Source: Klebsormidium nitens
Lineage: Eukaryota; Plantae; Klebsormidiophyceae
DNA: 64,000 bases
Direction: 5' to 3'
NCBI GenBank assembly: GCA_000708835.1
Contig: DF237084.1
Location: forward strand, 1-64,000
Shown piece after piece: positions 1 to 11,544 of the stretch. A program made the translations under genes and the position numbers. The notes beneath the pieces were generated by a model. That model saw only the letters and a list, made by a program, of their open reading frames with translations. It did no database searches and was not told the origin of the DNA. How positions within the stretch are numbered: the first letter of the stretch is position 1; each line of letters opens with the position of its first letter.

Positions 1-230
1 ACGAATCCGAATTGGAGAATTCATTCTGAACATTCCCTCGAAGACGTGACGCGAAACAATTGGCCGCTGGACACCCTTTGCCTCCCCGAACTCCAATCTC
101 TTAGAGAACTATCACTCAACAGCTATCTCCAACTCGTATATCGTCTCTCCAGCCCGTATCTCTCTCACCCCAAGTCGATTCTGTTCAGCGCCGCTTCAAT
201 CCCTGTGTTGCAGTGTGCGCTATCCTAAAT

Positions 231-509
231 AGGCCTATCCTGGACCCGGAGGTCGCAGAGTCGCGGTGAAGGTCGGAGACGAAAGTCGTGGAAAGTCGCG
301 AAAGGTCGCGGAACGTCGCAGAGCATTGCAAGCATATAAACATAAAAGTTGCTTCAAAACATGCTTTTCAAAGATTGACAAAGTCGCGGTGAAGGTCGCG
401 AAGTTCGCGGAACAAAGTCGCGGAGCAGTCGCGTAAAGTCGCGCAGAATCGCGGAAAGTCGCGCAACGTCGCGGGCAACTCTGGCAACCTCCGGGCTCAG
501 GATAGGCCT
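231..509. mobile_element. MITE-like non-autonomous DNA transposon (279 bp)
   Basis: Left end AGGCCTATCCTGGACCCGGAGGTCGCAGAGTCGC (231-264) is an imperfect inverted repeat of right end GCAACTCTGGCAACCTCCGGGCTCAGGATAGGCCT (475-509); the outer 12 bp are perfect. CTAAAT flanks both ends as a direct repeat (225-230 and 510-515). The interior has many same-orientation (A/G)GTCGCG motifs around a short AT-rich core. Confidence 0.8.
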
Positions 510-531
510 CTAAATGCTAACCTAATTTCGT

Positions 532-1007
532 CTAATTTAGGGCAGTCCTGTCGAGCGCTAACCTGCACATCTCCTTCGCCTCTAACTTTGTAAAGCTAGG
601 CTGGTGTACGAGTAGCACCTCTTTCCCATCGAACTTTGCCATCATATGCAGCCCTCTGTACATCACTGCGTACAAGTGCTCGCAATGCTTCCACCTTTCG
701 CGCCCATTCTTCATCCTTTTGAACCAGGTGCAGCTGCACTCTGGTTCTTGTCCTAGGGTTAGCTCGTATGTGCTATCTCGTACTGCTATAGTGACAAAGT
801 TCTCTATCTCGCTTATGCGTTCGTCACTCTGTACTTCTATCCTCAGCGAATGCGACTTTGCGAGAATATCGTCATACGCATGGTTGGGGGATCGTACGCA
901 CGTTACAGATCTGCCATTCCTTATTTTTGGCATCACAAGTTTGTACAGACAAGTAGAGCAGCCAACCATTATGACGTTCTCGTGTCCCCGGTTTGCGCAA
1001 GTGGATT
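532..1007 (-). CDS. SWIM zinc-finger protein, probably the last exon (frame open to a TAG acceptor near 1008; upstream exons not resolved, possibly in or across the gap)
   Basis: YELTLGQEPECSCTWFKRMKNGRERWKHCEHLYAVMYRGL matches the SWIM signature CxC-x(n)-CxH with a preceding aromatic beta strand. It is followed by LLVHQPSFTKLEAKEM, similar in layout to SWIM domains of MEKK1/ZSWIM2-type proteins. Confidence 0.6.
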
Positions 1008-1658
1008 CTAAAGGAATCGAAACGTAGTGAGAGTCAATGGATCAGTGAATCAAGCTATCGCTAACATAGACTGAGTAGTAGTGTAGTAGGTTTCAAAATC
1101 ATGTGCAAAAACTATCAACGGTGTTAGCGAGGCTCAAGATGCAGCGTGGAGGAGGACGAATTTATTTGTTTGGCCAGATGACCCGAATGCAGTAAACCCG
1201 GGGCAGTAAACATCGTGGCCCCCTGGTGTCCGAATGCTTGTCCCGTTGAACGGGATGAGGTGTTAGTATGTGAGTATGGTTGGTTAGTATTTCAGATGGG
1301 GGAAGCGTGATGACGTCAGCGACTGCTGGCGTGACGTCATTTTCTGTCAAATAAATAATAAAACAATTATTTTTTAAAAAACGAATTTTTTTAAAAAAAA
1401 AATTTAAAAAAATATATATATATTTATTTTCGGGCGATTTGAACAGAAAAAAAAGGAAAAAATTAAAGACAAACAGATAGATAATACGTTCTTTAGGTAG
1501 ACTCTCGTCAGCGTTCTGGTATGGAAGGACGCCAATAAAACATGTATGACTATGCTGTCCCGGCTCTTCACGGGAAAATAAAGACCACCAAGACGGACCA
1601 AGTCGGAACAGGGATTGTATAAGAGGTCTCTGACGTCACTAACCATAGGGTCCGGAAC

Positions 1659-2589
1659 NNNNNNNNNNNNNNNNNNNNNNNNNNNNNNNNNNNNNNNNNN
1701 NNNNNNNNNNNNNNNNNNNNNNNNNNNNNNNNNNNNNNNNNNNNNNNNNNNNNNNNNNNNNNNNNNNNNNNNNNNNNNNNNNNNNNNNNNNNNNNNNNNN
1801 NNNNNNNNNNNNNNNNNNNNNNNNNNNNNNNNNNNNNNNNNNNNNNNNNNNNNNNNNNNNNNNNNNNNNNNNNNNNNNNNNNNNNNNNNNNNNNNNNNNN
1901 NNNNNNNNNNNNNNNNNNNNNNNNNNNNNNNNNNNNNNNNNNNNNNNNNNNNNNNNNNNNNNNNNNNNNNNNNNNNNNNNNNNNNNNNNNNNNNNNNNNN
2001 NNNNNNNNNNNNNNNNNNNNNNNNNNNNNNNNNNNNNNNNNNNNNNNNNNNNNNNNNNNNNNNNNNNNNNNNNNNNNNNNNNNNNNNNNNNNNNNNNNNN
2101 NNNNNNNNNNNNNNNNNNNNNNNNNNNNNNNNNNNNNNNNNNNNNNNNNNNNNNNNNNNNNNNNNNNNNNNNNNNNNNNNNNNNNNNNNNNNNNNNNNNN
2201 NNNNNNNNNNNNNNNNNNNNNNNNNNNNNNNNNNNNNNNNNNNNNNNNNNNNNNNNNNNNNNNNNNNNNNNNNNNNNNNNNNNNNNNNNNNNNNNNNNNN
2301 NNNNNNNNNNNNNNNNNNNNNNNNNNNNNNNNNNNNNNNNNNNNNNNNNNNNNNNNNNNNNNNNNNNNNNNNNNNNNNNNNNNNNNNNNNNNNNNNNNNN
2401 NNNNNNNNNNNNNNNNNNNNNNNNNNNNNNNNNNNNNNNNNNNNNNNNNNNNNNNNNNNNNNNNNNNNNNNNNNNNNNNNNNNNNNNNNNNNNNNNNNNN
2501 NNNNNNNNNNNNNNNNNNNNNNNNNNNNNNNNNNNNNNNNNNNNNNNNNNNNNNNNNNNNNNNNNNNNNNNNNNNNNNNNNNNNNNNNN
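1659..2589. other. Assembly gap (N run)
   Basis: Run of N. ORFs 1404..2705 and 1615..2733 span it and are artefacts. Confidence 0.99.
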
Positions 2590-4248
2590 GTACTACTATC
2601 CGCTTGTGTTAGGTACAAGCTCCTTGGTTTTATGCGAACGAAGCAGCTCTCCACCGTCGATTTCTTGAAAGTACTGCGGTATCTGACCATCACGACTGCA
2701 AGCAAACAGACCGCCCGATTGCGATGGTGGTGAAAATAAAGGGCTCAGATTTGCCGATTGCCTTACCTAGGGGCAATCTCATTCATGAGTCATGACTCAC
2801 GAGTCACGAGTGGAAGATGAGGGGCTAGGTACATTTCTGAGCAAGGAGGTTGGGGAAGCGCTTCAAAGTCCTTTGTTGGTCCCTGTCGTGCTGTTTCTAG
2901 CTGGTTTCGAATCCACAAGTGGGGGGGTGAGAAGATTGAGGAACCACTCAGCGCAACCGGATTGCTGGCTTTGAAAGCAAGTTGGAGAAAGCTTTTGAAA
3001 AAAGGTGCCGGTGAGTATCTTCGTCAGCCCGATGGGTTCCTTTAAATCTCATCTTGCACGAGATGTCTTGCTGATCAAGGAAACATACAATTTGTGCTCC
3101 AGGCAATTCGATTGTCTCATCTGGCGGACCACCAAAGTATGGGCCACTTTAGGGTTCTGTTCTGATCTTTATAGGTGGCGCCAGCAATTGGTTTTAACAT
3201 GCAGTGTTGAATCGGTGCAGTCTGGTTTGCTCTTCCCAATGTCAAATCTCCCTTCCAGCGGGCGTGTGCTGCTGAAAATCGCTCGTGTGTACATGGGCCT
3301 TGCATTCTTTGATGGACTGATTTCTGCCTTGCTCTTACTTCCTCCTTTCACTAAAAGTCGGTGGTTGACCAGCGCTCTTGAATCGTAAGGGACTCTTGCA
3401 AATTTCATAGCTCGTCTGCAATTTGATTGCTGCTGTTCCGAAGCTCATGCAATTTGAGGCCAAAAGAGCACCTTCATAGAGAAACTCTCGGTGGCGCTTG
3501 TCTACATTTCTGGACTATTTTTTTCAAGTAACAGGTAATCATGTCTTCAAACATCCACTCACTTTTTGCCGTCGTAATCCATTCCTCATTTTAGCCCAAT
3601 GGCAACCCGATTTGTGGATTGGTGGCGGACGGTCCTCTTACAAGCCTTTTGCCGTTTGGATCTGCAAATAGTGCTAAATTTCCACCGGCAGCTTTGCACT
3701 TGGATCACATGAACAGCCTGCCCCCTCTGCACACACTAACTTTGTTCTGGTGTGACCAATCCAGCCACCAGGCAGCTTACCTACGGACTAGCACCCATCT
3801 GCACACAAAACACAGGTCTTCTGTGTACTTGCTACGCTCAAATTGCATAGTCAACCATTGACCTTCACCCCCCTCCAGCTCTATCCCAGGCCCTGGCAGT
3901 GACCTTTCAGGCAATCCACTTAACTTGACTGGCAACTCCTTGTATGCCCTTGAAGTTTCAAGACCTCAATTTCTTCAGGAGAGTACACGTCTTTCCAATG
4001 TGCTTCTAATTCTATTCTACTGACTGCACAGGACCAAAATCGTGCTCCCATTTTCCAGCCCCTGTTGGAAGTACCGCTCCACTTAGCAAGAGGAGACTAC
4101 CGTCCACCTCACATTTTAGCTCAATCAAGAGAGCAATCCTTGTTCACCCAGCTGCCATGTTTTCAACTCGGTATCACGCCCTTTTCTGATTGCAGAGACG
4201 GCGGGCCAGAGCGCAACGGTCCAGCTCAGAGCCCGATAAACAGCCAAA

Positions 4249-6472
4249 ATGACCGCCGCGCCCCAATCAATCGAGTCGGGGCACCATGACGTTGTGCACG
4301 ACGTTCAGATGGACTACTACGGCAAGCGCCTCGCAACGTGTTCGTCGGACCGCACCATCAAGGTCTTCAGCGTGACGGGAGACCAGCATGCGCACCTAGC
4401 AGACCTAACAGGTGGAATACTCTCAGACGTTTGCTGTTCCTCGTAACGGATCCGATACTTCGTGTACTCTGACTGGTGTTGTTTCCAATCACGTTCTCCT
4501 CCCAGGGTGAAAGTCTGGTACATCTGGTTTGATACTGTAGACGCCCAATAGTCAAAGAACTACCTTGGGCAAAATTATAGTGTCAGCAGAGACTTCGTGC
4601 ATCCAATCTGAGGCTCAACATGCACAGGAGGGGCAAAACTCATGCCTCAATGACGTCGTAGTTTCAGATTCGTCTTCTAGCAGCTTTCAAAGCTTGAGGA
4701 TACTGGGAAGCTGCATATTCTGGCCTTTGGATTTGTCCGCTTTGGGTTATTGTGGATAACGACGGGACCTCTGGAGAGATAGAAAAGGACAAAATCAAGA
4801 TCTGTGGCTTGGTCAGGCACGCCTTTCTGGTAGCGTCTTGAGTTTCTTTCCCAGTTTTCATCGTCCCTTCTTGTGCTCAATAGCAGATTGCACGATGTTT
4901 TCTGTATGCCAGAATGCCAGAGTTGGGGCTTAACTCCTGCTCGGAAATTTCAAAGCGTCGCGGGACCCCACAGCCGCTTGGCATAGTTTTTGAGTGACGA
5001 GGTAATGTTTGCTCTAAAGAAAGGAAGACCTCTCGAATTGCCCGGCTGAAGGAGCTCGTGCTTTCTTGTGCCTATGCACATTCACTTCGGATGGAGGCTG
5101 CGTAGGCGGCCCCAGAGCCAGAAAACTGGAACGAAAAGTCGAGAGTGGCAAGAAACACAAAAGAATAGCGAAGTTCTCTATCCTGTGGTCTCGTGCTTGA
5201 AACCTCTGTATTGGTCCTTTTGTCCACCTTTATTTTACCAGGCTGTCACAAGGGCCCCGTGTGGCAGGTCGCGTGGGCGCTCAAACGTCGCCAATTAGAA
5301 AGAGGGAGCAAAGCCGGCAAAAAACAAACTGGTTTGAAGGAAAAAGACACCACCCTCTCAATCTCAATCTTTTCTATCAGGTCACGACGGACCCGTTTGG
5401 CAGGTCGCGTGGGCGCACCCCAAGTTCGGCAGCCTGCTCGCGTCCTGCTCCTACGACCGGCGCGTCATCATCTGGAAAGAGGAACGCGAGAATGCGTGGG
5501 TCCAGCTGCAACAGTTCTCCGAGCACGAGTCGTCCGTGAACAGCATCGCATGGGCCCCGTACGAGTACGGCGCGGTCCTCGCATGCGCGTCGTCGGACGG
5601 TTCCGTTTCCGTTCTGACGCACAAGCCGGACGGAACGTGGGAGCGGGTGAAGATCCCCGGGGCGCATCCTGTGGGTTGTACTGCAGTGTCGTGGGCCCCG
5701 GCGAATGTGCCTGGGGCGATTGCAGGTAAATTTCGATTCCAGTCGCTGGTAATCCAATTTGTATGAGTGTTGGTTATGTATTGTTGCTTGAGGGAAACAA
5801 CTTGCTGCAGATTCCGCTTTGCAAATTTTTTTGGATGTGAGATCACCGAAGGTTGCCAGTTGTTGGGTTAAATCACGACTTGGGGACTCTTCCCTGGTGA
5901 ACAATCAGCCCACGCAATACGAACGCGGATCCAAAAAACTTCTCGATGTCGACGTCTCTGCCCACGAGCCGTCAAGGGTCACCTCGAACCTCACAAAGCA
6001 TTTTCCTCCGGACGGCTGCAACGTCAGATCACACTTTCCTTCCACTCACAAGCTTAATTTGCCTGCAGGAACCTTGGGGCCAAACCAAGGCTCGAACCCT
6101 CGGCTCGCGTCCTCCGGGTGCGACAACACGGTCAAGATCTGGGAAAACGTCAACGGGGCCTGGAAGCTGATGACGTACCCCGCGCTGAGTAAGCACACGG
6201 ACTGGGTTCGTGACGTGGCATGGGCCCCAAATCTGGGGCTGCCCAAAAGTACAATCGCGAGCGGTGGGCAGGACGGAAAGGTGGTGATTTGGACGGAGCA
6301 AAAGGCGGGCGAGTGGGTTGGGGCCGAGTTGAACGATTTCAAGGTCCCGGTATGGAGAGTTAGCTGGTCGTTGACCGGTAACATTCTGGCGGTGTCCGAC
6401 GCTAATGGTAACGTGACGCTGTGGAAAGAGGCGCTAGATGGACAGTGGGCGCAAGTCACGACCGTCCAATAA
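4249..6472 (+). CDS. SEC13: Protein transport protein SEC13 (COPII / Nup84-Nup107 complex WD40), join(4249..4411,5381..5725,6069..6472), 303 aa
   Basis: [30 protein letters not shown]; [26 protein letters not shown]; [13 protein letters not shown]; [14 protein letters not shown]; [33 protein letters not shown]; [18 protein letters not shown]. Both introns are GT-AG with matching phase 1, and the total of 912 nt is in frame. Confidence 0.97.
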
Positions 6473-7431
6473 TGGACGGAAGTGTCCGTGTGAGTTTGTG
6501 TCCTTTGTTTTTGACCTAATCATCTGCGACTTTTTTATCTGGTCCAAGAATCTGTGTTTTCCAAAGCAATAATCGGCTTTTCTGTGAAGACGCCGAGTGT
6601 CCTCAGCTGCATGCTTTTGGCCGTGACGGACTGGTGAGATGATATACCTACGCCTATGTATGCTCGGTTGACGGTTGTCATGGTAAGGTAATATCTCAAT
6701 ATGAAGCTGTGCGTAAACTGTTGCCAGAACATGTGATCCATGATAGCACCTATCTTAAGCTGCCGCCCCGTGTCGTGGTCTCAATCTCAACAATCTCAAT
6801 TTATGCTCCGTACACAATTGCTCGATAGATCTATTAAGTACCTTGAACATCCTGTTGAGTCTATATATAGGCGATTAGAGCGTATCATTGGCATCATCGT
6901 TGGGCGGGGGGCTGCATGTGGATTCATTGCCAACCCACGAATCAGCCCGTTATATCGAAATCCTATGTTTGGATTTCGATCCGTGACTCTGCAAGAGTCG
7001 CATATACCAAGCTTCGGCCATAGCTTGCATGGACCTGAACACTTCCACATGCTCTCTAGCGTACATGCGACAGTGCCTTGAAGCAGTGCGGGGCCATTGC
7101 CGTCTGATGTAGTGGAGACAGACCGAACACTGTCCCTTCATAGCTGGCATGCACCACGAGCTGGGTGCGCCAGCTGAGGGCCTGCACACAGGGCGACGCT
7201 TGACAAAATTGCGCCGCGCGGCCGCTCAAGTAAGCGGCCGCCCTTAAACCCTTATGATGCGGTGACGCGGCCGGGCGCGCTAAGCCGCCGCCGACGCGTG
7301 GTCGCGCGCATATGCGCAAATGCCATAGTGAGACAGTGGTCCGGTGACTGTGGTCTTTTTCGGCCAATATTATGACGCTTCAGGAACCAGAATGTACTTT
7401 ATTATGTGACAACAAGAGCACCTCTGCCAAG

Positions 7432-8361
7432 ATGGACCCCGTAATGGTGGAAAGGCCTGCAAAGGAGCCTGAGGCCGTGAAGGAGCGGCAAGAAGAGCAA
7501 GAAGCTGAGCTTCACCAACTTAAAGCCGCCGTGGGAGAGCTGAGGGAAGAGCTTCGGGCTGCATGCGAAGATATGCGAGCGGAGCGCGATGCCCTTCAAC
7601 TTCAGGTGATCATGGGATTGGTGTAGGAAAACGGCATGATGAATTAGGTCTTACATGATGGGTTAACGTCTTTCCTTTTAGCGTCTGGAACCTACATGTG
7701 ATAGGGTTAACATCTTTCCTTTAAGCCTCTGGAACCTTGATGAAACTGAAATGGCGTTGCTGACGTGCACCTCTTGCATGGCTTTCTAACGGCAGGCACA
7801 GCTTGAGGACGGCTTTACTTGGATGCCTTTGACAGACAAAGGCCTAGCAGATCAGTGATGTGAGTCTGGAAAGTCAGTGGTTTTAGAATACAATCAGCGT
7901 TCGACCATTCATGCAAAATCAGTAAGGATTGCTGAAGGTTGAGGTTATTTAGATACACATGCTTTCTTTCGGTATAGCCCAGAGGGCAAAGAAAAAGTGT
8001 ACATTTTTGATGGACGGATTCATCTACGGATCCTCACCTAACGATCCAGCCTTCAATTCCTAGCAATAGGAACAGCGTCAATACATGAGATTATCTATCA
8101 ACTTTGCATCTCCGCATCTAGATGTCCAAAGTTCAATGTTTGCAGGTGGAGGCCAAGCTGGGCGCCCTCGAGGATCAGCTGGCAGCCATTAAGAAACGAT
8201 TGCAGGAAGTAAGGAGCTTTTCATGTCAGAATGCTGGATGCTTTGTGCAAGTCAGGTGCGATGGGTTGAGGATATTCGAAGGTTGGAGCAGGAATGTGGG
8301 TCCTACGCTTTCTAAACCGCAGGTGATCAGATTCGATGGGCCCGGCTTTGAAGGAAAATGA
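7432..8361 (+). CDS. Short coiled-coil hypothetical protein, tentative join(7432..7605,8146..8208,8323..8361)
   Basis: Heptad-like EQEAELHQLKAAVGELREELRAACEDMRAERDALQLQ continues in phase 0 with VEAKLGALEDQLAAIKKRLQE; GT/AG boundaries are present. The 3' end is uncertain. Confidence 0.5.
7657..7740. repeat. Two-copy ~44-bp tandem duplication in an intron
   Basis: GGGTTAACGTCTTTCCTTTTAGCGTCTGGAACC and GGGTTAACATCTTTCCTTTAAGCCTCTGGAACC. Confidence 0.85.
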
Positions 8362-9060
8362 GGGCAGCTTCTGGTGATTGTTGCTTTACGGACAAGGAAT
8401 ACTGATTCTTCTACAAGTACTCCCCTACATAAGGCGCTTGTGAAAGCTTCGATTTGGCTTCCAAGTTTGATAACAGTAGAGTCCTGGTCTCACATAGGTG
8501 GGCACGTTTTCCGCTCCCTGAAACCCTGACATGAAAACGCGCGTGCATATAAGCGCCTTGCAAACCCTTTTCCGGATTCTCTGGACCTTTAATCGAGTTG
8601 CATATTATTATATGGTCGGGCATATTCCCAACTTTCTCATTCATCCCCATGCAAGTACTCCCAAAAGAGTCCCTACGAACGATTCCTGCGCTCCCTAGTG
8701 ACCGCGCCACAAGCTCGCGGCGGCAAGGCGCCGCGTCGGGGCTGCTTCAGCTTTGGCAGCATTGGCCGGATCCATCCTCAACGATCAAGCTGCCATGGTA
8801 CGGCCCTGTCCTCCTGAGGGCGGGACGGGTCCTGATTTGGTTTTTGGGGTGCCATCATAAGTGGCCCGTTTCTGATGACTGAAAGGAAGAGCGTCAGGTG
8901 GTAAGAGCTTCTTCGCTGAAGAAGGAAGCAGTGTATTATGCGCACAAACGATAAGGACGTGGTCTCGAAAGAACGAACGCGAGCGATAGGCAGGATAGGT
9001 TGGTGTGACCTGGGCGGAGCGACTTGAAAGCGAGCGAATGGGTTGGGGCCCACTTGAAAC

Positions 9061-9255
9061 ACTCCGGTAACTCTCGATTGTTTAGGGCCGATTATTTTTG
9101 GGTGAGCACCCGGGGGCCGGGTGTGGTTAGTTTGGGGGTTAGGGTGGTTGCGGGTGCGGAGCTCGTCATGTTTGGAGTTAAGCTCTTTCGTTGAGGTGCC
9201 CGGAGCTTATGTATCTTAAAGCATTCCTCCTGTAAAACCCTAGAGTTATTAGTTA
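9061..9255 (-). repeat. Dispersed repeat family, copy 1 (SINE/MITE-like fragment)
   Basis: The reverse complement aligns collinearly with 59030-59210 (CCGGGCACCTC; CCACCCTAACCC; CCCCGGGTG; AACAATCGAGAGTTACCG). Confidence 0.8.
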
Positions 9256-10732
9256 TTTTGATGGTAGCCATGAACCTATGGCAAGAGGACATGGACAGTG
9301 GGCGCTTCTGACGACATCGATAGTGGGCGGCTTCTGAAAGTGTTCTTATGAATCCTCGGCCCTTGCGTTTGACCGTCGGATATCATTCTGGTTCGAAATA
9401 GAGGTCAGTAGAGCGCTTTGCAACTATGTATTTGAAAAGGGAAACTTCTCCTCCCTTTCTTTAAAATGACATGCCGGCTGTTGTCAGCTGTACTACATGT
9501 CGGCCTCGGATGGCCCGGCAGTAGGACATGAATGATAATGACGCATTTCTGGCGACCTGGATGTTACCTCGTCGATTCGGATCTGTAAAAGCTGACACTT
9601 GCCCATTGTATATAAGCTTTGCAAGCAGGTACACATCTGGTTGCACATACAAGAAATCTGAGATTTATGCCGTTGAAAAAACCTCGGGCAAGCCGTGAAG
9701 AAGGATCGTTATGAGTCAAGTGCTTTTGAAAGGAGGCAACACAGCCGCAGCCCTGTGACAATTACACATGTTTTTCGAACTGAGCTCTTCTCGCTGCGAC
9801 TGAGAGCCGTCTCATTGTCGCATGTGCTCGACGATACTAGCACAGGGTACGTCGAGCCGTCTTGAGGGTCCTGAGAATAGAACTCGACGCAAAACATAGA
9901 GTTCCTATGCCCACCAGGCTGATGCTTCATACACATCACTGTGGAAAGGCCTGTTGTCCTGACAAGGTCTGAATCTGGTCTGAACGACTTCCCCGGTCCG
10001 GAAGACGTCGAACGCCGTTAAGACATCCGGAAAGGGTGTAAACGATACCGAATCGAGTCCGAACCGCTTGCAGATGCAAGACAGAATCTTGACAGCCCCT
10101 TTTTATGGTATGCAATGCTGCGACGCCCAGCGCTGCGGCGGCCGCGAGAACCTCGTGCTCTCAAGGGAGTCGGGGTATTGAACCTTGAAGGATCCGGTGG
10201 CCTACCCATGCCGCACATTCCCCAGCAGTCTTGTCAATGGAAGGCTCCATACTCGTTGAAGCTTGACGCAAATTTGACCACGTACGATACAAAAACTGAA
10301 TCCTGGAGGATTCTCCGCCACACTTGACATGACAATCGCCCTGCACCTCCTTCTATCCGACCATACGCGAGCATCCATCATTCCATCCGACGGACTCCGA
10401 GTGGGTCAGCCTCTTACTGCCTTGAAAGAGAGTCTAAGTTGAAAATTCGCCGACTAGCTCGGCGCCCGACATATTCATGCAATCATTGCCGTCAGCATCG
10501 GCCGACCGTGACGGTCAACCTTCCTCTCGGCCGGGCGGCGCCCGCGAAGACCGGCGCTCAGGACTCGAGTCACGCGTGACCGAAGCATAATGCAGCACGC
10601 GGTGAAAGTTTAGGGACAGTAGTAGTCATGTAGTCAGATTACAGCGACTCATAAGAGACGAGACCACTGTCGAGGCCCAGTTCTATGCTAGGAGTGCCAG
10701 GTTCAGTAAACCTGAGCTGTTGAGCTTTCAAT

Positions 10733-10912
10733 CTTTGACAAGACCAAAGCTGTGACACCGGCAAGCGCACAACAGTACAGCCTTCTTTGACAAGACGTAA
10801 AGAAGTAAAGCCCTTCTAACTTTGACAAGATCGAAGGTTGTGGAGCCCTTTTTTCTTGACAAGACCAGAACCTGTGGAGCCGGCCAGCTTCTTAGACAAG
10901 CGACACCGGCAG
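10733..10912. repeat. Degenerate ~35-bp minisatellite with core CTTTGACAAGAC
   Basis: Cores at 10733, 10785, 10820, 10855 and 10891 (spacing 52, 35, 35, 36). The intervening sequences are related to each other (TGTGGAGCC, GACACCGGCA). Confidence 0.75.
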
Positions 10913-11028
10913 GATCTTGAAGTATAATTCAAGAGCTCTTCTTCTTCAAAAGTAGAAATGCATAGGCCCATCCTGACGAGCATTACCGAAACGCCCAACT
11001 GTACGAAGCTCGCTCGAGAAAGCAGGAA

Positions 11029-11544
11029 ATGGCGGGTGTTGCAAGGACGCCACTGTGCTGCCAGTGGCTGCCGAGCAACCTTGTGGAAACAGCCACGGAG
11101 GAAATGACGCGGACGAGGTTCGGAAGCATCGTCCGACTTCGACAGGGACGTCAGCGGGGACGTCAGCAGCAGCAGCGCCCGACGTCACTGCCCTCGCCAC
11201 TCCGCCCTGTTAATTCAAGGCACACGTCACCACTTTCCGGCGGGGTTAGAGCTGGGAAGACGAACCCTGTTCGAGCGGTGTCAGACCAAGGACCGGAGCC
11301 AGAGGCCACGGGAGAAAGGGCAGAGCGAGATGAGTCAAGCAGCATGAGCCGTGAACTCGTGATGGAACAGCTTGTGAGTCAGATGAAGCTGTTGGACCAG
11401 CTCGTAGCAGGGCTTGACAAGACGGTAGCTACTAGAAGCTTCGTCAGCTGGAGAGACAACGTTCCGGCTCTGGAGCTCTTAGCGCGCTTGCTTGAAGTGA
11501 GCATCCAGGCCAAACGGGTGTTTCTTGAGAGTATACAACGTTAG
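11029..11544 (+). CDS. Hypothetical protein; helical C-terminal ~65 aa
   Basis: 171-codon ORF. Only the C-terminal MSRELVMEQLVSQMKLLDQLVAGLDKTV...LELLARLLEVSIQAKRVFLESIQR looks like an amphipathic helix. No family recognised. Confidence 0.3.
   Translation: MAGVARTPLCCQWLPSNLVETATEEMTRTRFGSIVRLRQGRQRGRQQQQRPTSLPSPLRPVNSRHTSPLSGGVRAGKTNPVRAVSDQGPEPEATGERAERDESSSMSRELVMEQLVSQMKLLDQLVAGLDKTVATRSFVSWRDNVPALELLARLLEVSIQAKRVFLESIQR

Noticed and set aside
1404-2733. Long ORFs of 433 aa and 372 aa
   Set aside because: They are made mostly of N-gap codons.
2786-2799. 14-bp palindrome TGAGTCATGACTCA (double AP-1-like site)
   Set aside because: An isolated short palindrome with no gene context; expected occasionally by chance.
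2590-3408. Minus-strand ORF MKFARVPYDSRAL... and nearby protein-like fragments, possibly upstream exons of the SWIM gene
   Set aside because: No recognisable motif; the frames are interrupted by stops and cannot be linked across the gap.
10733-10912. CRISPR-like array (short conserved repeat with ~35-bp period)
   Set aside because: The context is eukaryotic, the core is only ~12 bp, the spacers are homologous to each other and there are no cas genes. It is a minisatellite.
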